Origin: Chiloscyllium plagiosum
Taxonomy: Eukaryota
Direction of reading: 5' to 3'
Assembly: GCF_004010195.1 (NCBI RefSeq)
Contig: NC_057724.1
Location: 40,448,165 to 40,512,164 of the forward strand
DNA length: 64,000 bases
Of this stretch, positions 38,546 through 51,800 are shown piece after piece. The translations under genes and the position numbers were made by a program. Within the stretch, counting starts at the first letter, position 1; each line of letters opens with the position of its first letter. The notes below the pieces were generated by a model. That model was not told the origin of the DNA. It searched no databases and was given only the letters and a program-made list of their open reading frames with translations.

Positions 38546-38639
38546 ACTGTTAAATTAAACTACTACAATTAAATTCTAATCACAAGTAAACAGTGTTCTA
38601 ATTTGTAAACATGAGCATTTAATATTAGAGCCCACCACT

Positions 38640-39650
38640 GAATGCAGCCCAAAACTAAGGGTGGCTTTATCCTCTTTAAGCAGGCCATATAGGGGTTTGT
38701 GGTCAGTTATTATCATAAATTTTCACCTATAAAGATATTGCTAGAACTTTCTGACTCCAAATATGACTACCAATGCTTCTTTTTCTATTTGGGCATATTT
38801 ATGTTCTGCATTAACTGAAGTCCTGGATGCTTAAGCTTTTGGGCGTCCCTCTTCATTGGGCCACTTATGAGTTAATACCAGTCCAATGCCATAGTGGGAG
38901 GCATCGCATGTCAATGCCTGAACTTTCCAGGGATCATAGTGTGCCAACACCTTAGAGAATGATAGTTGTCTCTTTATTGAAAGCTAGGGCTTGTCTATGA
39001 CACTATTCCCAAGCTGACCCCTTTTTTTGGAGTTCTGAAGAAGGATAACTAGATCTGAAATATAAACTCTGCATTCCCTCCATAGGTGCTACCAGACCTG
39101 CTGAGTTTTTACAGCACTTTCTTTCTTGATTCTTTTTTATGGGCTCATGCAATGATACCAGGATGGATGGTGGGATGTGTATGGGCTTTCTGTAATAATG
39201 TACCAGACCCAGAAATGACCTAGGCTCCTGACAGATGTTGGAATTGGGACAACTTTGATTGCTTACTTTATCTTCCAATGGGTCCAACCTGGTCTTGTTG
39301 ACTGTGTAGCCCAAGTAGGTCACTTGGGTGGCCTGGAATACACATTCTTCCCTTTTTAGGTACATCCCTGCTTTAAACAAAATACCTATAGGACTATGTC
39401 TAAATTCTCTAAGTAATTCTTATTAAATTTCCATGTTATCAGGATGTCCTCTAGGTAAATGGCAATCTAAGGTAGACCTTGCAAAATGCTCTCCATAATC
39501 CATTGAAAAATTGAGCAGGCTGACGATGTGCTGAATGGTAGTCTCATATTCTATAAACTCTTATGGGGATCTAGTCTAAATTTATTGCAAGTAAGTGTGG
39601 CCCAGATCTGCTTTGTGAAGGACAAACCTCCTGCCATATATTGGGTATTT
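38640..39650 (-). mobile_element. Gypsy RT/RNase H fragment (different family)
   Basis: LKREECVFQATQVTYLGY, RSFLGLVHYYRK, CDASHYGIG, YAQIEKEALVVIFGVRKF, YLEDIL. Confidence 0.85.
39035..39130 (+). mobile_element. Short PLE terminal fragment with decayed hammerhead-like motif
   Basis: ctgaagaagg-ataacta-gatct-gaaa followed by cagacctgctgagtttt, similar to 10930-10990. Confidence 0.55.
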
Positions 39651-39717
39651 ATCCAACTCTGAAAAATGTTTTTTTTTATTAAAATCCTACTCTTGTCACC
39701 ACTGAAATAACTCTTCA

Positions 39718-39912
39718 GATGCCGGTATCCCATCACCAATCAGCCTTTATTTACAAATTCTTAGCCTTTGTTAATAGCACTGCCTCTCACTGAGTCAGGC
39801 ATATCCCAGACATTCACCCTTATATGTCAGCTAGGGTTCCATGATTGACAGCCCCAATCAGGGAATTCATATCCTACAAGGTCCAGCTGATGACGTCGTT
39901 ACAATCACTACA
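39718..39912 (-). repeat. Possible short LTR fragment
   Basis: Minus strand begins tgtagtgattgtaac and contains aataaa; adjacent to the Gypsy fragment. Confidence 0.4.
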
Positions 39913-40627
39913 GTGATTATAAATTGAAATGCTTTTATTAACATATCTCATTTTTATGTTTTTGTTTGTCAAGATTTTATTTCTTATTATTCATGGCTCA
40001 AGTAAACTGTTGATTTTGGTACTATTATGGCATGCTTGTTTACTAATAGCACTAAGACTTGAATCACTAAAAGTTGCTTACTGTGGCAACAATTCTCCTT
40101 CAAGCTGCAGTGACCAGTTTCAGCCATTAAACTGCAAAGTTTATCCAAGAGAACAACTTGCAGTTGGCAGCAAACACTCAGCATTTCCTTTCCACAGTTG
40201 AAAACTTTCCTCTTGTACTAAAGCTTTCTGTCGATTATTCTATGATAACTGTCCATTGCAAAGTTCACAGGTTGCAATGCATAATGGGATAAATGTCTGC
40301 AAATGGAAGGAGTTGCACAGGAGTGGTTTGAATGTGTGCTAGAGATTAGTCCACAAACTGATGTGGAGGTAGATTCTTTGAAAAAAGACTCTACACCATC
40401 TTTCATCAGCAAAAGTAGAAATCACTTCTAATTCCTGAGACATCCAGAAACTCTACCATCAGATACAGGTTTAACCTTTCTGCTCTCATTAATGATCTTA
40501 AGGAGAACCTTCCTGTAAAAAGAATAGAAAATCAGTGATCATTAAATAAAGAAAAAGCAAGTCTTAATAGCTGTGCAGGAAATTTCAATTTTACTACTAC
40601 ATCATTGATATCCTCATCAATGGGCAG

Positions 40628-40921
40628 TGGGCGACATGGTGGGTCAGTGGTTAGCACTGCTGCCTCACTGCGCCAGGGTCCCAGGTTCGATTCCAGCCTT
40701 GCGTAACTGTCTGTGTGGAGTTTGTAGGTTCTCCCCGTGTCTGCGTGGGTTTCCTCTGGGTGCTCTGGTTTCCTCCCACCGTCCAAAGATGTGCAGGTCA
40801 GATGAATTGTCCATTCTAAATTGCCCACAGTGTTAGGTGCATTAGTCAGAGGGAAGTGGGTCTGGGTGGGTTACTCTTTGGAAGGCCAGTGTGGACTTGT
40901 TGGGCTGAAGGGCCTGTTTCT
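40628..40921 (+). mobile_element. HE1-type V-SINE
   Basis: Head boxes and V-domain present; tail truncated. Confidence 0.9.
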
Positions 40922-43900
40922 GGAGAAAATAAGAACAGTGTCCTGCCTATTATCACACTCACACAGAATTTAAACTCATACATACTGATTATACCGAATT
41001 CATTAAACTGGAATCTATGCAGCTTTTAATTATTTTATAGACTGTACCCATGTTTTGAACCTTGCTGAATAGCTAAATTTCTTTATGCTAAGACATATCA
41101 ATCTCCTCTGGCTATTTCCAAGAATGCTATATCACACTCCACGTGGACAGATGGTAATGGGAATTTGGGAATAACAAAACCAGGCACAATATTCTAGTCT
41201 GACCAACAAAATTAATTGAATTGAATTGAACTGAATTAGCTTTATTGTCACATCTACTCAAATGAATACAGTGAAAAGTTTATAATTCACCACTTATTAT
41301 GCCATCTTATGTACAAAGGTACCTAGGTACAATGCTTAGTTACAGAATAGAGAAATGAAGAAAAACAAAATTACATTACAACTAAACACAGTATGACCTT
41401 AGGTCAGAAAAAACAAGAAGCAAAGTTGAAAAGACAAACATTACAAACATCGCCAAAGGCTCTTTGTAACAGACCATGCATGTGGTTTGACCGCTGATTG
41501 CTGCCATGTTCCCCGTTGGGCCACTGCTGCCATGCTCCTGCACCAGGCCACTACCCTTTCTCTGCAGCATGCCTCTGCCACCACTCTCCTGCACTAGGCT
41601 GAATTCTGCCCTATAATTTATACCAAATTGTTCTAATAATACAGTCTATGTCCTATTTTTGCTTTTGCTACAATCTGAATGGATCTTATTCAGTATTGCA
41701 ATTGATTTGTGTATTGTGTATTGGCCTGACCAACATGCATTGTGCTACATTCTGTAATAAGAGAGCAGCCCTATGGTCTAATAAAACTATGATGACTTTA
41801 GCTTATAAACTTAATGCCATTTGCCATCATGTTGGCCATCTCCAAGCACATTTAATTTTTTTTTTGTTGGGTTACTTGTTTTTATCATTGTGACCCTTGG
41901 ATAGATTTCGATGCCATCATTAAACTTAATTCCAACAGAATGCTCACTGTTAACAAGGTCATTAATACAGATATTAAAGAATAATGGGCCTAGGACCTGT
42001 CTCTGAGAGGGGTAAGAATAGAGGGGAATGGTGGGGGCGAGGGGCGAGATGTGGCATCTTTCATATGCACCTGCAAGCTGGATCACATTCATTTTCCAAG
42101 CTTCATTATTATGCATTGAAATCAATTCTTAATCCAACATATCTACATATACCACAAGATTCAATTTTATGAAGTAATCTAGTGTGAGATATTTTAGCAA
42201 AAGATTTCTGAAATTCAAAATGTTGTATGGATAATCTTGGAGGTTTTTGAAGTTTCAAAGTAATTACTTATTGATGTTTTATTAACTGCGTATTTCGACT
42301 TGTAAAAACTGTATCAATTTATTTTTCTGCATTTTTGATTTGGGGAAAAGACTATTTTAATGCCAAGGATTGTGAAAGTAATTGCTACACTTATTAAAAG
42401 CATGTTGCAGAAGTGCATTGTAAATCATGTTTATACTGCTGCTTTATTCAAGCAGTGGGGGAAGCTCTTTATAGGAGGCCAGGCTCCAGGATGTCTGCAA
42501 AGAGATTCAGCCACTAATAAGTAACTAATGTTTTTGTGGATTTGTGCCCAATTGTGGGTGATGAGAGCCATCAGCCTGACAATAACATTTGATTGGCTCC
42601 CAGGAAGCTTAACAACTTATGGGTGTGAGCGATACTGGCAGAAGCCTTCAGGCAGCTGCAAAACCAACTGGTGCATCTTTGTCTCCAGTGAAATACCTGA
42701 AGACTGAAGAATGCCAGTTTTCTTTCCCCCTCACCAGTTGCTGTAGCTAAGACACTTTGCAATTAAGTGGGCCAATTTTCTGTCCACTACTTTCCCAGAA
42801 ACAATATTATATCACCTCATTCACTTAAGAAAGAACAACATCATTGTACTTGGTATAGGTTCTGATTTTTCTGTGAAAATTTGGATTTTAAAATATGGTT
42901 CCACTTGCAGTGGAGCAGGTTAGTAGTGAATTGAAAACCTATATATTGAAGAATATATTTTTATTGGACCTTCAGCATAGCTATGATGTTTGCATCTTGC
43001 TTTCAGAATTCCTGAACTATTCGTGTGGACTAGATCATGATAAGCACCTGACTGATGTTACAGTATTTAAAAGTGTATTGGTGAAGGGCAGAATGGGTTT
43101 GTTCTACAAATGGCAACTGAGAAACAACAACTCGAGTGTTGGAGACTCAAACTCAATGAGGGTAGGGTGTCTCATAATTCTCAGAGACAATCCTGGAAAT
43201 CATGTTGCGGGCTAAATGAGGCCTACTGAAACATTTTGATTCTAACAGATGGAGAGAAAGTCCTGCTTTCAAAGTTAAGTAACATAGATGAAAATGCTGA
43301 AGGGTGTGGAGACTGGTCATGGTTACATTGCAAACAGATATTCATTTGATTTATCAGGACAGAAATGGTGAGTGACATGCCACATTCATGTGTGAAACCC
43401 TCAGACTGACCTCCCCTCCTTTGTCTGCACAGCATATCTTTGTACCTCCATCCAGTCCTCTCACTTATGGTACCACTGTGCATCTACATATGGACAGTCA
43501 GCACTGACATTCGCCTTAAATTTAATTACTCACCACAAATGCTCCTTCCATTGTCCCATAACATTCTATTCATCACATTCAGAAGTCCCCTGTTTCTTTC
43601 TTTATGGGAGAAGACAGAACAGAATGTTGAGGGCAGGCAGAATACAAGAGAGTAGCCCCACAGTTATTGCAACCCTGTTTAGTGCAGAGGGAGATATACT
43701 GGATAGAAGCAGACTTTAGGCATGCATGACAAAGTTCTGTTAGAATTTCCAGAGCACAGTATATAATTGGTTAACAATGTTAACAATTGGTTAACAATCC
43801 ATCTCCAGCTTGAGTACTACTATATATAAACACAGTATCTTTTAATTTCTCCATATTTTTGATTGTAGCTGAAATAGGAAAATAATTGAATTAAAAACCA

Positions 43901-45034
43901 AGAATTTTGATTTTGTGCTTGGTGAAAGCAAGTAACCTGGCACTCATTGTAAGTACTGCTTACATAGCTGCTTATTAAGAGTGGAAACTTGGTTTTCAAA
44001 TGAACTGGAACCAAAGGGTGGGTACCAATGGAACTTTTGCCAGCAGCAGGTAGTTGATTGGTCTGTCGACCATTGACAAGTTATTGATGACAAAGACCTT
44101 CTGCCTATGTGATTGGCTTTCAGGTAGTGAACACCTTAAGAGTGTGAATATTTGACAGAAACCATCAGACCTGTGGGAGGAAAGGAACTATTTTATCCTG
44201 TATTCAAAGCATTTCAACCTTGAAGATAGTCAATTTATTTTCCCTTTCCAATGTCTCTAAGCTGTGTACTTAAAATGATAAGTCAAAAACTTTTATAAGT
44301 GTGAATCGGTTATTCTGTGCCTCTTGCAAACAAGTGAAAGTATCTGGAAAAGGAAGACCAAGTAGCAGTGTCCTGATCATCAAAAGAATCAAATCTCATC
44401 AAACTATGTGGACATGGGCATCTGAACTGCCTTCCCAGTCTTCCTTCCACCTATAACACTCATTTTTTTTTGTGTGCCTGTGTAGCATGTGTTTGTAGAG
44501 TGGTGTTTTTAAAGGAGCTAGAGTTTCAACTAGTAGAGTTACATGCTGACGATTCATAGTTATTTATCTGTAGCTCGAGTCTATTTATTCATCATGAATA
44601 TTAATTCTTGTTAAGTACAGAAACCGAATCTGTCAACCTGAATCTGAAAGATCACTTTTTACCTCTTAATAACTTTGGCCAACAAAATTCCATCAGATTC
44701 AGTTTCAAACTTAAAAGTTGATCGATATTCTTTATCCATTTTCAGAAGAGGGTAAAAATGTCTACCAGATATTTTGTTAAGAAATGTTCTTTTAGTTTCA
44801 CTCTTGATCGAGTCATATAGTCATAACTTTTTGACTGTAGTCCTGGATTCCCTGACCAGAAATGATTTTTATCTGTCTGATCGTTCCTTTTATGTCTAGG
44901 ATTTGTATGAATATTGCCATCAACTTGCCTATAATCTTCTAAATTTTAGGCAACATAGCTAGTTAATTTAAACTCTGTTCATAGCTTGACCCGTGATATC
45001 TAGGAACCAAATATTCAAAACAGAAAGCAAGGAT

Positions 45035-45472
45035 ATGGGGTAAAGAGGCTAAACATTGTTGTGGATTGAGTAAGGGGTGTGAACAATTTTGGAGGCAATG
45101 GTAAGAAAAAAAGGTGAACTCTGTTGGAGGTGAGGAAAAGGAATGAATTTTGTTGGGGTGAAGGGATTAACATAGTCAGAGTTGAAGGAGGAACGGTGAA
45201 CACTGTCAGGGATAGGGGTTGAGTACTGTCAGGATGAGGGAGAAATGGTAAACACCTTTTGGGGGTGAGACAGGAGGGGTGAATATTGTTAGAGGTTAGA
45301 GGAGGAGGTGAACATTTTTGGAGAAAAAGAAGGGGTGGATACTGTTGGGGTAAGGATGGAACAATGAATATTGTTGAGGAAGAGAAAGGGTTAACATTGG
45401 GTGTGAGCAGAATTACAAAGAGGGAAAAGGGTATTAGTATTGAGAGTACGTTAGTACTGTCAGTGAAGGGAA
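45035..45472 (+). repeat. Degenerate purine-rich minisatellite (~28-30 bp unit)
   Basis: Recurrent ggggtgaacac/tattgttggggg-type motif with strong G/A strand bias. Confidence 0.6.
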
Positions 45473-46399
45473 ACTGTTTTGTCGTTTTGTTATCAAATCT
45501 GCAATTATATTTTAGCCATCAATGGATTAGAATACAAATCTCTTCTTCCTCCCATTTTTCTATTGGTAATTCAGTATCTTCATTCATGGTATCTGCAAAT
45601 AAAAATAAATTTTACAATCTGCACCTCCCCCACAATTACTAAGTTCCTTTTGTGAAATGATGAGTTAAGTTAACATTGCTTTGGCTTGACTCTTCTAAGA
45701 TCATCCTGACCTTTGTGTCACTGGTAGAATGTGCTGATATCTCTAAACCCCAGCACTTGATTGGATGATGACTTGTCTGACTCATACGGAATTGTACTTG
45801 TACGCAATGAAATTTCAGAAGAATCAAAATTGATATAATCCACTTTTTGGTATCTTAGTTCCTTTCCTCAATTTCAACTGAATAAAATGTAACATCTTAC
45901 ATCAAAATAATAAACTGACTTTGTCCATCTTTCATTTTACCATTTAGAAATTTTAAGAATGATTCCTGATGAGTGTAGTATAAGTCTGGACTGTGCACTT
46001 TAAGCTTCCTCCAATGTGTGAGTTAGTTGAGCAGCTGTGTGATATGAGGCTGTGTTCCTTCCCAATCAGTGCAGTCTTTGTTTTCCAGTATGTGAAATAT
46101 GGGCGTTAACTATGAGAAGTTCCAAGACTGGTAGTAAAACAATTTCACAAATCGGGAGACCCTGCAGTTCGGTGAGTTCAGTTTTCAAATACTGTATGTT
46201 ATTCCTTCTATGCAAATTAGAACTGACTTAACTTAAAATATTTTAGATTAGTTACCATCCCTTGGATAAAACAAGCAATGAACCTTTGTACATTTTAACA
46301 GCCAGTAAATTATGTTTAAACCTAGTAATTATAATTTACGAAAATATAACAGTTAATTTACATACAAGATCTGACAAAAAGCAATGAGATACTGGACCA

Positions 46400-46625
46400 A
46401 AATATTTGGTTTCAGTGTTGTGGCATAAGGTATAGATGTGGACTCAGATACTGGGAGAATTCCACTGTTCTTTTCCAATAAATGCCACAGGGTCTTTGAT
46501 ATACCTGTATACCTAAAAAAGGTGATTGAACCCAGTAGAATGTCTTATCTGAAAGATGGTTCCTCTGATGAAGAAGCACTCCCTCATCAATGTTTCAGCC
46601 TGTTAATCATATTAGATTTTAAAAT
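46400..46625 (-). mobile_element. Ancient DeuSINE-like (SacSINE1-type) fragment
   Basis: gggagaattccactgttcttttc..aatgccacagggtcttt..gtcttatctgaaagatggttcctctga..gcactccctca resembles the reverse complement of the Deu domain as I recall it. Confidence 0.55.
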
Positions 46626-48436
46626 TAGATTTTAAAATTTCACTGAGTATATTTAATACCTAGTTTTGGCTTGAACTTGGAATGGAAAGGAAGTGACAAA
46701 TGAATAGGTGTCTGTGGGAGTACATAGATAATCTTGGTTTCAGAAAACACCATTCATTTACACTCAAAGAGTTAACTGATAAGCAAATCCGATTGATCTT
46801 TACCTCATATTATACATATCTTGGGTAATTAATTATAAGCAATTTTCATTTTAAAGTTGACATGGTACACCTCTTGGACAGGTGGAACTTAGATACAGAC
46901 ATACTAGTCCAGAGATATAATACCACCATTACGTTAAGAGTTCTCAGGGTCAAAACTGTAAGAAACCTAGCTGGAAGTCAATTTACATGTACTATGAATT
47001 GCTAAATTTCACATTTTTGTTCAGATTGTTAAAAATATTGATTCTGCATAGATGTAGGTAAATAACAAAAGTTCAATTACCATATGAATATATTGTGGAA
47101 TAATAGGAATTCCAATCAAGAAGACAGTCATTTGGCCCAACATGTCAATGTTGCTCCCAGATATGTACAATGTTTTAATTGCACCTATTTTTTCACTGTG
47201 ATCTGTATTATTTTCTCTCAGGTGATTATCCAATAGCTTTCTTAAATGTTGAGAAGTACTTGGTATAAAAAGCTTTTTGTGGCAATGTATTGCATGTTCT
47301 AATATCTTTTGTGTGCAAAAATATTCTCACATTTTTGTCAACATTTGAACACATGAATTAGGAGCAGAAGTAGACCACTCAAACCTGCCCTATTATTCAG
47401 TAAGATCATTGTTGTTCTAATTTATAATTATTGCCTATTCCCAATAATATGTTACCCCTTCTTGCATTAATTCTAAGCTTATGAAATCTTGTTTTCAAAT
47501 CACTGATTTTTGAAAATGATCTTTCATAGCCATTTGATTTTCGTAAATTTGAACATTTGTACCAGGTCTTCTCTTATCTTCTCTACTTAAGAATATAATA
47601 TTTGTTTTTAACTCTGATACCATACTGCAGAATGTTCAAATATTTTATCCATTCTATAATAATGGCCATTAGCTTATTGTTGGCTCATGAAAGGCCTAGT
47701 TTTGAATTTTCTTTGTAAGTTATAAATTGCAGGACCAGTTGGCTCAGTTAGTGGTACTGAATAACCAGCCAGCATCAAAAGGAAATAGGATGAAAGAGTT
47801 TCAGCTGACCTGCAAAACCAAGCACCTCAAAAGCACTGCATACCACATACATCTGACATACTGGTAACAGCTGCAATCTTCCATAGTTAATTCTTCATGG
47901 AACTCAGAATCTGATCAATATACCGTTTTAAAATATTATCTTTTCTTCACACTTACCTCATTTTTTTCTTAATGTCCTGAACCTGGATATATTAGGATCT
48001 TTTCTCCCTGTTGATTTTGGACTCCTATTTTTATCTCCACAGCATTTCTGTTCTGGCCGGATCAAGGATCAGATTTTGAAAAATTTCAGTGCAATGAATT
48101 AGATCACTGCTATCTTGTACTCCCTTTTATTCTCCTGTTTGTTGAACATGGTGAAGATGGATGTTATTCGATGGGACTTGCAGCTTTTCATTCGTATAGG
48201 ATGATGCAGACTTTCCTGTAAACTACTATCCATCAGTGCTAGACAGTAAGTCAGCTTTGTTGATAATCAACAATGCATCGGACACATCTCTCCTATGGTC
48301 TGCAGACCTCTATTGTGTTGCCTCACCATTCTATTGTTTGGGCTCTGACAAGGAGGCCTGTTTATCTTTTAACTTGGCTTACAAAATCTAAACAGATCAT
48401 TGAACATTTTATGCATTGCACTAGGTGAAAGCATTT

Positions 48437-48745
48437 CTAGATTAGATTAGATTCCCAACAGTATGGAAACAGGCCCTTCGGTCCAACAAGTCCACACCAA
48501 CCTTCCGGAGAGTAACCCACCCAGACCCATTCCCCATATTTACCCTTGACTAATGCACCTAACACGATGGGCAATTCACCTAACCTGCCCATCTTTGGAT
48601 TGTGGGAGGAAACAGGAGCACCTGGAGGAAACCCACGCAGACACGGGGAGAACGTGCAAACTCCACACAGACAGTTGCCGGAGGCTGGATTTGAACCTGG
48701 GTCCCTGGTGCTGCGAAACAGCAGTGCTAACCACTGAGCCCCCAC
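48437..48745 (-). mobile_element. HE1-type V-SINE
   Basis: Reverse complement of HE1 with (gatta)n tail at 48437-48452. Confidence 0.92.
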
Positions 48746-49344
48746 CCCCCCTTGCAAAGGTAGCAGGTGAAAATGACATTTGAGGAAAAGGACAACAGCT
48801 GACATGACATCATACTTTAATTAAGCAGAGTCAGCATGGCTTCATGAAAGAGAAATCATGTCTGACTAATTTATTAGAATTTTTCAAGAAAGTCTCAACC
48901 AGAGTTGATAGACGAAAACCAGTAGATATGTTGTGTTTGAACTTCTAGAAAGAGTTTGACAAGGTACTTCACAAAAGATGAAATCATAAGATAAGGACCT
49001 ATTACATTGAAGGTAGTATATTCCTGTGGGTAGACAATTGGCTAATATGCAGTAAACAGCAAGTGGGGCTAAGGGATTTTTTTTTCATGTTGGCAACCGG
49101 GGTTTACCCGGGGATCAGTGTGAGGATCACAACTGTTTACAATATGTATTAATGATGTGGAGAAAGGGAGGCAAATTTTCAGATGACACAAAAATAGATG
49201 GAAAGGTAAGTTTCACAAACTATGCAAACAGTTTATTGAGAGATATTGATCGGTTAAGCATGTGGACAAAAAGTTAGCAAATGGAGTATGATGGAGAGCG
49301 TGATGTAATTCATTTAAAAGAGAGAACAAAAGAACAAACTGTTA

Positions 49345-50712
49345 GTGAGTCTTGATAAGATTTGTAGCTCAGGTTGAGGTTCTGGATGTAGGTTTGCTCA
49401 TTGAGCTGGAAGGTTCATTTTCAGATGTTTAGTCACAATACTAGGTAACATCTTCAGTGAGCATCCGGATGAAGCACTGCTGATGATTCCTGCTTTCCAT
49501 TTGTATGTTTCGGTTTCTTTGGGTTGGTAATGCCATTTCCTGTGGTGATGTCATTTCCGGTTCTTTTTCTCAGGGGCATGGTAAATGGGGTCGAAGTCAA
49601 TGTGTTTGTCGATAGAGTTCCAGTTGGAATGCCATGCTTCAAGGAATTCTCGTGTGTGTCTCTGTTTGGCTTGTACTAGGATGGATGGGTTGTCCCAATC
49701 CAAGTGGTGTCCTTCCTTATCTGTATGTAAGGATACTAGTCAGAGAGGTCATTTTGTTTTGTGGCTAGTTGATGTTCATGTCTCCTGGGGGCTAGTTTTC
49801 TGCCTGTTTGTCCAATGTAGTGTTTGTTACAGTTCTTGCACGGTATTTTATAAATGAGATTAGTTTTTCTTGTCTGTATAGGATCTTTCAAGTTCATTAG
49901 CTGCTGTTTTAGTGTATTGGTGGGTTTGTGGGCTACCATGATGCCAAGGGGTCTGAGTAGTCTGGCGGTCATTTCAGAGATGCCTTTGATTAGGGGAGAG
50001 TGGCTAGAGTTTCTGGACGTGTTTTGTCTGCTTGTTTGGGTTTGTTGCTTAGAAATCAGTGGGCTGTGTTCCTTGGGTACCCATTCTTTTTGAATACACT
50101 TCATAGGTGATTTTCCTTTGTTCTGCACAGTTCCTCTGTGCCGCACTGTGTTGTGGCACATTTAAATAATGTTCTGATGCAGCTTTGTTTGTGGATGTTG
50201 TGATGTTTGCTTCACCCACACTGCATACAAAGTACCGTTCAAGAACTGTAACAAACACTACATTAGACAAACAGGCAGAAAACTAGCCACCAGGATACAT
50301 GAACACCAACTGGCCACAAAACAACATGACCCTCTTACTAGTATCCTTACATACAGATAAGGAAGGACATCACTCCGATTGGGACATCACATCCATTCTA
50401 GGACAAGCCAAACTGAGACACGCGCGAGAATTCCTCGAAGCATGGCATTCCAACCGGAACTCTATCAACAAACACATTGACTTGGATCCCATTTATCATC
50501 CGCTGAAAAAAAAACAAGAAATGACATTACCATTGGAAATGACATCACCACAGGAAATGACATCACCAACCTAAAGAAACCCAAACATATAAATAGAAAG
50601 CAGGAATCATCAGCAGTGCTTCATCTGGAGACTCACTGAAGATGTTACTGAGTATGGTGACGAAACATCTGAAAATGAACCTTCCAGCTCAGCAAGCAAA
50701 CCTAAATCCAGG
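49345..50712 (-). mobile_element. Penelope (Poseidon-type) 5'-truncated copy with ~480-bp inverted arms
   Basis: GIY-YIG motif LIYKIPCKNCNKHYIGQTGRKL...HEH (ORF 49736-50161), FLEAWHS in the inverted copy (50223-50712), ~35-nt tail on the left, approximate TSD acaaactgtta / acaaagtgtta (49334-49344, 50713-50723). Confidence 0.93.
50633..50672 (+). ncRNA. Hammerhead ribozyme motif in Penelope pLTR, probably decayed
   Basis: tca-CTGAAGA-T-GTTAC-tgagtatg-GTGAC-GAAAC-ATC-tga; ACGT stem III changed to ACAT; the mirror copy at ~49418-49460 has GAAA>TAAA. Confidence 0.7.
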
Positions 50713-51456
50713 ACAAAGTGTTACTTAAATAAAGAAAAGCTACAAAGGGACTTTGTGGTATTTTGCATAAAACACAGAAAGCTAGCACACAAGTGTTGCA
50801 TGTAATCATGAAGGCTAATGGAATGTTGATCCTTATTTCAAGGGAGTATAACAGTAGGGAAGTCTTACTGCGACTGTATAAGGTGCTGGTGAGACAACAC
50901 CTAGAGTACTGAGAATGGTCTTGATCCCTTTATTTAAGGAAAGCTATTGCTTCATTGGAGGCAGTTCAAAGAAAGTTCACTAGGATAATCCTTGCTGTGA
51001 ATGGATTGTCTTATGAGCAAAGGTTGAATAGGTCAGGACTCTGCTCAGTGGAGTTTAGTAGAATTAGACATGTTTTCAGTACAAAAATAGGATTGTTAAG
51101 AATCTTGACAGGGATGTTTCCCCTTGTAAGAAAGACTGGGACAAAAGGGTATAGTCTCCGAATAAAGGGACATCAATTTAAAACTGAGATGAGGAAGAAT
51201 TTCTTCTCTCAGACGGTTATGAATCTTTGGAATTTCTTGTCACAGAGAGTTTTGGGTGCTGGATACTTGTGAATATTTAAGGCTGAGATGGATAGATTCG
51301 TGATCAGTAGGGAAATCGAGGATTACAGGGAAAAGACAGGAAAATGGATGTCAGGAACGTCAGATCTGTCATGATCCTATTGAATGGTGGGACAGGTTTG
51401 AGGGACCAAATTACTTACTCCTATTCCTATATTTTACAGTCTCATAGGAGACTCTT

Positions 51457-51800
51457 ACAGTTTGTCTAAATATGCAGTTTTAATTCCTTTAATGTTTGAT
51501 CCTAACACCTTTCCCATGTCAGGTAGTCAAGCTGACTAGTGTACAGTTTCCTGCTTTAATCTCCCTTCCATTTTGAATAGATATTTGATACACTCTAGTC
51601 TGATGGAATCCTTCCTGAATTGAGGGACTTATGGAAAATTAACTCAAATGGATCAATAGCTCACTAACCACCTCTTTTTAAGATCCTAGGATGGAGTCCA
51701 TCAGGAATCAAAGATTTGTTACGCTGCAGCTCCATCAGTTCGCTTAGTACCATTTCCGTCACGATTGTAAGTTCACTAAATTCCTTGCTCCTTTGTGGTA
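51457..51800 (-). mobile_element. Decayed CR1 RT N-terminal fragment
   Basis: Minus strand PDGLHPRILKEVVSE and VQLVSLTT-like motifs. Confidence 0.7.

Larger units (their letters stand above)
48770..51445 (+). mobile_element. CR1 RT to 3' end, interrupted by a Penelope
   Basis: SQHGFMKEKSCLTNLLEFF, FDKVLH, KFSDDTK; resumes at ~50713 (EAVQRKFTRII, FKTEMRKNFFSQ). Confidence 0.92.

Noticed and set aside
45035-45472. CRISPR-like array
   Set aside because: Eukaryotic context; degenerate tandem units without unique spacers.
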